NCBI GenBank assembly: GCA_963832165.1
Contig: CAWHTE010000011.1
Coordinates: forward strand, 608,001-672,000
From: an uncultured delta proteobacterium
Lineage (GTDB): Bacteria; Myxococcota_A; UBA9160; SMWR01
Reading direction: 5' to 3'
Length of the DNA stretch: 64,000 bases
A model generated the notes under the pieces. The model was not told where the DNA came from and did not search any database. It saw only the letters and a program-made list of their open reading frames with translations. The position numbers and the translations under genes were made by a program. Positions 57,569 to 64,000 of this stretch are shown here, in pieces (position 1 is the stretch's first letter; each line of letters begins with the position of its first letter).

Positions 57569-58942
57569 TTGGACGCGCTCGGGTCACCGGAGCTCCGCGA
57601 GTGGGTCGAGAAGGTCGCCGGCGGCCGGATCGTGGCAGAGCGTGCCCACAACCAGGGATTCGGCCGTCTGATCACGATGCTCGACGTCGAGACGAGCGGC
57701 GGAGAGCGCCGCGAGCTCGTCCTGCGTCGCGAAGCCGGCACGGCGTTCGCGGGTACGGAGATTTCGCTGGCGCGCGAGGCGGTCGCCTATCGGGCGCTGC
57801 ACGGCAGGGGGATCCCGATCGCCCGGCTATACGGCGTGACCGATGCGGGCGATGCGCTCTTGATGGAGCGCGTCGCGGGTAGCGCCGACACGGCCCAGCT
57901 TTCCGCCGCGCAGCTCGATCGCCTCGCCGTCGACTTCGCCGAGGTGCTCGCGGCGCTTCACGCGATCGATCCCGAGGATCTCGATCTGCCGGGCTTCAGG
58001 CGGCCCAGGACGCCCGAGGACCATGCGCGCCAGGATCTCGATCTGTGGAACGAGATGTACGAGCAGTTCGCGCGCGAGCCGGACCCGCTCGTTCGGTTCT
58101 CCTATCAATGGCTCGCCCGAAATGCGCCCAGCTCCGTCCAGCGCACGGTCCTGCTGCAAGGCGATACGGGGCCGGGAAACCTCCTGCACGAGGATGGACG
58201 CGTGCGCGCGCTGATCGATTGGGAGTTCTGCCACGTCGGCGACCCGCTCGAGGACCTGGCGTGGGTGGCGTTTCGATCGGGATTGCAGCCGTTCGCAGAC
58301 CTCGCGAGCTTCTTTCGCCGCTACTGCTCGCTCTCTGGTGTGCGGTTCGAGCGCGAGCGCGTTCTCTACTACCGAGTGCTCATTCTGTTCCGGTGCGTCA
58401 TCGGCACGATCGTCGGCGTCGCGCGCGCGCTCGAGCAGGGCACCGTCCACCAGGGGCTCGGCATCAACTGTTTCGGTCTCGAGCTGATGCGGCGCCATCT
58501 CTGCGAGCTGTTGGCGCAGCAGAACGGCTGGCCGCTCGACCTGCCAGAGCCGCCCGAGGGCGAGGCGGGCGAGGGCGAAGCGCTGCTGAACTCGTTGATC
58601 TGCGATCTGAACGATTTCATCGTTCCGGCGGTCTCCGAGCCCGTGGCACTCGCGCGCGCGCACGGCCTTGCCGCGTCGCTGCTGCACTTGCGCGCCGCCG
58701 CCCGCCACGGGCGCGGCCTGGAGTCGCAGGAGCTCGAGGAGATGGGGGCATTGCTCGGATCCCGGCCGGCGAGCCTGGCCGAGGGTGCTCGCGGCGTCGA
58801 CGAGCTGATCCGGCGCGCCGGGGCGGAGCGCGACGCCGAGATCTTCCGCTACCTGGCGCGCCGGGCGGCGCGCTCGGCGGCGCTGTGGCCGTCGCGTGCC
58901 GGTCCCGCGCCTGCGACGCTGCCGCCGGTACCCGAGCTGTAA
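57569..58942 (+). CDS. APH/ACAD10-like phosphotransferase, paralog of 53650
   Basis: QGDTGPGN, LIDWEFCHVGDPLEDL. Confidence 0.85.
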   Translation: MDALGSPELREWVEKVAGGRIVAERAHNQGFGRLITMLDVETSGGERRELVLRREAGTAFAGTEISLAREAVAYRALHGRGIPIARLYGVTDAGDALLMERVAGSADTAQLSAAQLDRLAVDFAEVLAALHAIDPEDLDLPGFRRPRTPEDHARQDLDLWNEMYEQFAREPDPLVRFSYQWLARNAPSSVQRTVLLQGDTGPGNLLHEDGRVRALIDWEFCHVGDPLEDLAWVAFRSGLQPFADLASFFRRYCSLSGVRFERERVLYYRVLILFRCVIGTIVGVARALEQGTVHQGLGINCFGLELMRRHLCELLAQQNGWPLDLPEPPEGEAGEGEALLNSLICDLNDFIVPAVSEPVALARAHGLAASLLHLRAAARHGRGLESQELEEMGALLGSRPASLAEGARGVDELIRRAGAERDAEIFRYLARRAARSAALWPSRAGPAPATLPPVPEL

Positions 58943-58956
58943 CCGGCCCGCCGGCT

Positions 58957-60432
58957 CTACGCCCGGGCGACCGCGCGATCGGAAACGAGGAAATCGTCCA
59001 CTGCGTGCTCGACCGCCGTGCCCTTGAAGAAGGCCGGGTTCGACGTCGCGAACAGCCGCGCCGCATTGCCGAAGACGAAGTCGCGGAAGCTCTCCTCGTC
59101 GAGCCGTCCGTGCTCCACGTGTTCGTGCGCTTCCACGAGCACCTGCGACATGTCGGGCACGTCCCAGTGACTGATATCGGAGCTGAACAGAGCGCGCAGA
59201 CGCGCACCGAACCGGTTGATCGGCTGGAATGCGATCGCCGTCGTCGGGGTGTCTGCTTCGCAGCCGAAGAAGAAGGGCTCCGCGAAGAGCTCGCGGATCT
59301 CCTCGGCGCGCTCGATGCGACACGGCGCGAACTCGTCGAGTCGCGCCGGGTCTTCGGCTGGAGTAGAGACCAGCGCGAGGAATCGATCGACGCCATCGTC
59401 GACCCGTCCGGCGAGAAACCGATCGCCGTAGCGGCGCACGTAGTCGAGAAGCGCCTGCCGGTCGAGATTGGCCGGATCGTAGTTCGCGAGGCTCGCCAGG
59501 TTGCGCTTCTCCCAGTGGTCGATGAGATCCGAGTACAACGCTGCGGCCCAGCCGACGCCGCCCTCGAGGAACGCGAAGCGAAGCTCGGGAAAACGCCGCG
59601 TCACACCACCCAGGAACAGGGCCTTGCACAGCGGCTCGTGCGCGCCCGCGAAGGCTCCCAGGTGGTTGTACACGTAGCTCGAGGGAGAAGACCGCCCCAT
59701 CCATCCCATCGCATGGGCGTGGAAAGTCGGAGCGACGCCGAGATCGCGACAGCGCGCCCAGACCGGATCGTAGTCGTGCTCGCTGTCCATGCCGTACACG
59801 TCGATCCACGGCGCGATCGCCGCGGCCTGGCGGTCGATGCGCGCGAGGGCCGGAATCGGCCGCTCGACGAAGCCCGCCAGCAGTACGACCTTGAAGCCCA
59901 GGACGTCGACGGCGTAGTCGAGCTCCTCGAGCGCCTCCTCGGGAGTGTGCATCGGAATCACCGCGACGGGCGCGAGGCGATTGGAGAACTCGCGGAAGAC
60001 CTCGGCGTGCATGCGGTTGAAGGCACGGCACGATGCGCGTCGCACTTCCTCGTCATCCACGTGCGGAGCCACCATTCCGATGCTCGGATAGACGACGGAG
60101 AAATCGAGCCCGAACTCGTCGAGCCGCGCGTAGAGGAGCTTCGGCAGCATCGCCGTGGCGCGGTCGCGCGTGTTGCGGGTCGGTGTCCCCCACCAGGGCG
60201 GACGCGGCGCTCTGCGTGCGAGCCGCTCGGTCGGAGCGAGATCGTACCAGCCGAACGCGGCGAGCCGGGTGCCGCGGACGTAGCGGTAGAAGCCCTCGGC
60301 GATCGTCGGGCCACCGACTTCGGCCATCGCGTCGACCACGGCCGGCATGAACTCCATCCAATGACCGTCCGCATCGATGACGGGATGGGAAAGCCGGGCC
60401 CGGATGCCTGCGCTGCTCGCTGTTTCGCCCAT
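58957..60432 (-). CDS. Amidohydrolase family protein
   Basis: PVIDADGH, FLEGGVGW, FSSDISHWDVPD. Confidence 0.88.
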   Translation of the reverse strand: MGETASSAGIRARLSHPVIDADGHWMEFMPAVVDAMAEVGGPTIAEGFYRYVRGTRLAAFGWYDLAPTERLARRAPRPPWWGTPTRNTRDRATAMLPKLLYARLDEFGLDFSVVYPSIGMVAPHVDDEEVRRASCRAFNRMHAEVFREFSNRLAPVAVIPMHTPEEALEELDYAVDVLGFKVVLLAGFVERPIPALARIDRQAAAIAPWIDVYGMDSEHDYDPVWARCRDLGVAPTFHAHAMGWMGRSSPSSYVYNHLGAFAGAHEPLCKALFLGGVTRRFPELRFAFLEGGVGWAAALYSDLIDHWEKRNLASLANYDPANLDRQALLDYVRRYGDRFLAGRVDDGVDRFLALVSTPAEDPARLDEFAPCRIERAEEIRELFAEPFFFGCEADTPTTAIAFQPINRFGARLRALFSSDISHWDVPDMSQVLVEAHEHVEHGRLDEESFRDFVFGNAARLFATSNPAFFKGTAVEHAVDDFLVSDRAVARA

Positions 60433-60530
60433 CTAAGTCGCTCCTGTCGGGCGCGCAGAAAAGCCGCGCGCCGGTGTTCGAATATTGTACACTCATCTAT
60501 CAATACGGTACAGCGGAGCCCGAGGCGTTC

Positions 60531-61673
60531 ATGACGACGCGCAACCGGATCCTGACGACGCATGTGGGCAGCCTGCCGCGACCCGCCGACCTGCTCGCGG
60601 TGCTGCACGCCAAATACGCCGGCCAGCCTTACGACACCGATGAGCTCGCGCGCCTGGTGGAGCGCGCGGTCGCGGACGTCGTGCGCCGTCAGGTCGAGAC
60701 TGGAATCGACATCGTGAACGACGGAGAGATGGGCAAGCCCACGTATGCGACATACGTGTCGGAGCGCCTGTCGGGATTCGGCGCGACACCGCGGCGCGGC
60801 AAGGCGCTGCGCGACCTCGTCGACTTTCCCGACTACACGCGACGCATCGTCAAGATCGGCGCCGTGGCGCCGACGGTAACCGGCGCCGACTGCGTCGGTC
60901 CCGTCGTCGTGGCGGATACGCGTCCGCTCCAGGGGGACCTCGCGAACATGGCGGCGGCGATCAAGCAATGCTCGCCCGTCGGCATGTTCATGACGTCCGC
61001 GTCGCCCGGCGTGATCACCTCGTTCCAGGACAACAAGTACTACCCGACGCACGACGCTTACCTCGAAGCGCTAGCCGATGCGATGCAGCAGGAATACGAA
61101 TCGATCGTCGAGGCGGGCTTCGTGCTGCAGCTCGATAGCCCGGACCTCGCGATGAACGCGCACCTCGTCCATCCAGACGATCCCGACGCGTTCTTTCGCG
61201 ACTGCGCCATGCACATCGAGGCGCTCAATCATGCGACCCGCAACATCCCGCCCGAGCGCATGCGGATGCATCTGTGCTGGGGCAACTATCCCGGGCCGCA
61301 TCACCTCGACGTGCCGCTAGAGAAGCTGCTTCCGACGGTGCTGCGGGCGCGTCCGCACGCGATCCTGCTCGAAGGCGCCAATCCGCGGCACGAGCACGAG
61401 TGGGAGGTGTTTCGCACGATCGCTCTGCCGGACGACAAGGTGCTCGTTCCGGGCGTGCTCGACACCACCTCGAACTATATCGAGCATCCCAAGCTGATCG
61501 CGCAGCGGTTGTGCCGATACGCCGACATCGTGGGACGCGAACGCGTGATGGCCGGCACTGATTGCGGTTTCGCGACCTTCGCGGAGTACCCGCTGATCGA
61601 TCCCGAGATCGCGTGGGCGAAGCTGCGCGCGATGGTCGAAGGTGCGGCGCTCGCGACCGAGCAGCTGTGGTGA
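60531..61673 (+). CDS. Cobalamin-independent methionine synthase II family (single-domain MetE-like) protein
   Basis: TTHVGSLPRP, NDGE, HLCWGNY, LEGANPRH, GTDCGF. Confidence 0.88.
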   Translation: MTTRNRILTTHVGSLPRPADLLAVLHAKYAGQPYDTDELARLVERAVADVVRRQVETGIDIVNDGEMGKPTYATYVSERLSGFGATPRRGKALRDLVDFPDYTRRIVKIGAVAPTVTGADCVGPVVVADTRPLQGDLANMAAAIKQCSPVGMFMTSASPGVITSFQDNKYYPTHDAYLEALADAMQQEYESIVEAGFVLQLDSPDLAMNAHLVHPDDPDAFFRDCAMHIEALNHATRNIPPERMRMHLCWGNYPGPHHLDVPLEKLLPTVLRARPHAILLEGANPRHEHEWEVFRTIALPDDKVLVPGVLDTTSNYIEHPKLIAQRLCRYADIVGRERVMAGTDCGFATFAEYPLIDPEIAWAKLRAMVEGAALATEQLW

Positions 61674-63160
61674 TGCGCCTGGATCACGAAGTCATCGTGG
61701 TGGGTGCCGGCTTCGGCGGCATTGGGGTCGGTATCGAGCTGAAACGGATCGGGATCGAGAATTTCGTGCTGCTCGAGGAGGCCGGCGATCTCGGCGGCAC
61801 CTGGCGCGACAACACCTATCCCGGCCTCGAAGTCGACATCCCGTCGTTCAGCTTCTCCTACTCCTTCGAGCCGTATCGTGAGTGGAGCCGGATCTACGCA
61901 CCCGGGCGCGAGGTGAAGGAGTATGCGGACTACTGCGCCGACAAGTACCGGATCCGGCCGCACATCCGGTACCAGGCCTGCGTCGAGGAGGCCGTCTGGG
62001 AAGACGCGGACCGCTGCTGGCGGGTGAGGATCGCGGACGGGCGGGAGCTTCGGGCGCGTTTTCTCGTCAGCGCCTGCGGCTTCCTGGTGAGACCGCGGAT
62101 GCCGGAGATCGCGGGCATCGACGAATTCCGCGGCAAGCTCATCCACACCTCGCGCTGGGATCACGACTACGACTTGACCGGGAAGCGGGTTGCGATGATC
62201 GGCACCGGAGCGACCGCGATCCAGGTGGGACCGGCGATCGTCGACCACGTCGCACGGCTCGACGTGTACCAACGCACGCCGATCTGGCTGCTGCCGAAGT
62301 ACAACCCGATCCTCTCGGAGCGTGCGCGCCGGGTATTCCGGCGCGCCCCGGGGCTGCAGAAGCTGCTCCGGACGGTGAACTGGGGCTTCATGGAGCTCTT
62401 CTTCTCCACGAGCTGGCTCAACCACCACCGCTTCGCATGGCTCCACACGAAGATCGAGAACGCGTTGGTCGCGCGGATGCGGCGGCAGGTGCGCGACACG
62501 AAGCTCCAGGAGAAGCTGATCCCGCCGTACAGCTTCTTTTGCAAGCGACCGAGCTTCTCGAACACCTTCTATCCGATGTTGAGCCGCGACGACGTCGAGC
62601 TCGTCACCGAGCCGATCGGACGCTTCACCGAAACCGGCATCGAGACGGAGGAAGGGGCGCACCGCGAAGTCGACGCCGTGATCTGCGCCACGGGCTTCAA
62701 GTACTTCCAACGCTCCTCGACGCCGACGTTCGAGGTCTGGGGCCGCGCTCGCAAGAATCTCGGCGACTGGTGGCAGAAGGAGCGCTATCAGGCCTTCCAC
62801 GGCACCACGATGCCGGACTTCCCGAACTTGTTCATGCTCGTGGGTCCCTATGCCGCCTCGGGCGTCTCGTACTTCGACACGCTCGGAAACCAAGTTGCGC
62901 AGATCTCGCGGTGCCTGCGCGCGGCGCGTCGGCGCAGCGCAACGCGCGTCGAGGTGCGACGCGAAGCGCAAGAGCGCGACCTCGCTTTCGTGCTGCGCAG
63001 GAGGGGCAACACTGTCATGTTTCACGGCGACTGCTCGGCCTCCAACAGCTACTACTTCGATTCGAAGGGTGACTCGCCGGCGATCCGGCCCTGTTCGCCG
63101 AGCGAGGAGTGGCTCAAGTCCCGCCTCCTCAGCGTCCGCCGCAACTACCACATCGATTGA
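61673..63160 (+). CDS. Baeyer-Villiger type flavin monooxygenase
   Basis: GAGFGG, GGTWRDNTYPG, fingerprint FRGKLIHTSRWD, GTGATA, ATGF. Confidence 0.92.
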   Translation: MRLDHEVIVVGAGFGGIGVGIELKRIGIENFVLLEEAGDLGGTWRDNTYPGLEVDIPSFSFSYSFEPYREWSRIYAPGREVKEYADYCADKYRIRPHIRYQACVEEAVWEDADRCWRVRIADGRELRARFLVSACGFLVRPRMPEIAGIDEFRGKLIHTSRWDHDYDLTGKRVAMIGTGATAIQVGPAIVDHVARLDVYQRTPIWLLPKYNPILSERARRVFRRAPGLQKLLRTVNWGFMELFFSTSWLNHHRFAWLHTKIENALVARMRRQVRDTKLQEKLIPPYSFFCKRPSFSNTFYPMLSRDDVELVTEPIGRFTETGIETEEGAHREVDAVICATGFKYFQRSSTPTFEVWGRARKNLGDWWQKERYQAFHGTTMPDFPNLFMLVGPYAASGVSYFDTLGNQVAQISRCLRAARRRSATRVEVRREAQERDLAFVLRRRGNTVMFHGDCSASNSYYFDSKGDSPAIRPCSPSEEWLKSRLLSVRRNYHID

Positions 63161-63184
63161 GCGGGTCTGGTGCGGGCCGGCTGG

Positions 63185-64000
63185 CTAGGGACGTGTCCCC
63201 GCGACCGTGAACAGCGTGCAGCCGCCGGCGTAGTGACCGCGCCGGCCGAGCTCCTCCACGGACTCGAGCCAGGTCCTCGCCTCTCGCTCGTCGATCACGC
63301 CGGCGTCGCGCGCGCCGCCGACCGAACGGTCGAGATTGAACAGGCTCTTGCCGATGGCGGGATCCGTGACGAACTGCACTTCCGGCGACACCTTCAGATC
63401 GACTAGACCCGCCTCGCGGAAGAACCCGGACAGCTGCCGGCCGATCCACGGGCTCGGAAAGCAGTCGCAGAGGTAGTTGAAGATGCGGCGCGTGAGCGCG
63501 CGGTCGGGCGCGTTGACGATGTAGGTGGCCATGTCGGGCTCGGTGACGACCACACGCCCGCCCGGCCGCACGACGCGCATCATCTCGGCGACCACTGCGG
63601 CCGGATCCGGCGAGTGCACGAGCACGCGCTCGGCGTGCGCGGCGTCCACGCTGGCATCGGGGAGCTCGATGCGCTCTCCGGATCCAGTTCGGAACTCCAT
63701 GCGCGCGGGAGTGTCCGCATTTCGCTCGCGCGCCTCCGCCACCATCGCCTCGCTCTTGTCGATGCCGATCACGCGGCCTTCGCGGCCGACGAGCGCGGCG
63801 AGCGCGCGCGCGTCCTCGCCGGTCCCACAGCCCACATCGAGTACGGCGCTGCCGTTGTCCAGCAGCATCAGCGCGAATGCGCGCTGCTTCCAGGCGATCG
63901 TGGCCTCGAGGCCGTGCTGCACGTCCAAGCAGCGCACGAAGGCGTCGGCGGAATTCGTCGCGTCGATCCGCTGGAAGTCGCGCCCGAGGACGGTCCTCCC
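63185..64000 (-). CDS. Class I SAM-dependent methyltransferase (UbiE-like); start outside window
   Basis: VLDVGCGTG, LPDASVD, RVVRPGG; frame open to the window edge. Confidence 0.88.
   Translation of the reverse strand, partial: GRTVLGRDFQRIDATNSADAFVRCLDVQHGLEATIAWKQRAFALMLLDNGSAVLDVGCGTGEDARALAALVGREGRVIGIDKSEAMVAEARERNADTPARMEFRTGSGERIELPDASVDAAHAERVLVHSPDPAAVVAEMMRVVRPGGRVVVTEPDMATYIVNAPDRALTRRIFNYLCDCFPSPWIGRQLSGFFREAGLVDLKVSPEVQFVTDPAIGKSLFNLDRSVGGARDAGVIDEREARTWLESVEELGRRGHYAGGCTLFTVAGTRP

Noticed and set aside
53650..58942. Aminoglycoside resistance genes
   Set aside because: Long ACAD10-like kinases in an acyl-CoA context, not short APH resistance enzymes
1..64000. Many long overlapping Arg/Ala/Pro-rich ORFs (e.g. 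7313-9196, 17494-19977, 19265-21775, 58045-60534)
   Set aside because: Alternate-frame or antisense shadows of recognisable genes, expected in high-GC DNA

Overview
GC-rich bacterial DNA; gene content and repeat style suggest a Myxococcota/deltaproteobacterial genome (inference). Bases 1-21.7 kb are housekeeping and lipid genes: tolA(3' end)-tolB-cpoB with no pal, dksA, tsaD, rsmA, a ~335-nt structured leader before panBCD, smpB, a GGDEF protein, CoA-transferases, glutamate dehydrogenase, WS/DGAT and an acyl-CoA ligase. tmRNA (ssrA) lies at 21706-22072. Directly downstream is an integrase-less defence islet with a compact CBASS operon: a CD-NTase ending PHTFHG-GDDE, a stand-alone E2-fold protein and a patatin phospholipase (type II-short layout), flanked by gene remnants. 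From ~26 to 64 kb is a large accessory catabolic region: seven luciferase-like monooxygenases, an AveC-family membrane protein, two non-canonical crotonases, an orphan NorQ/NorD-type pair, a Ddn-SnoaL fusion, two APH kinases with LvaB-like tails, a MetE-like protein coupled to a BVMO, twin TetRs, and a regulator with a LexA DNA-binding domain fused to a helical (ferritin/PaaC-like) domain instead of a peptidase. Several single-base frameshifts suggest assembly indels. REP-like GAA-hairpin repeats occur at three loci. All family calls come from motif recognition by eye; no database searches were run.
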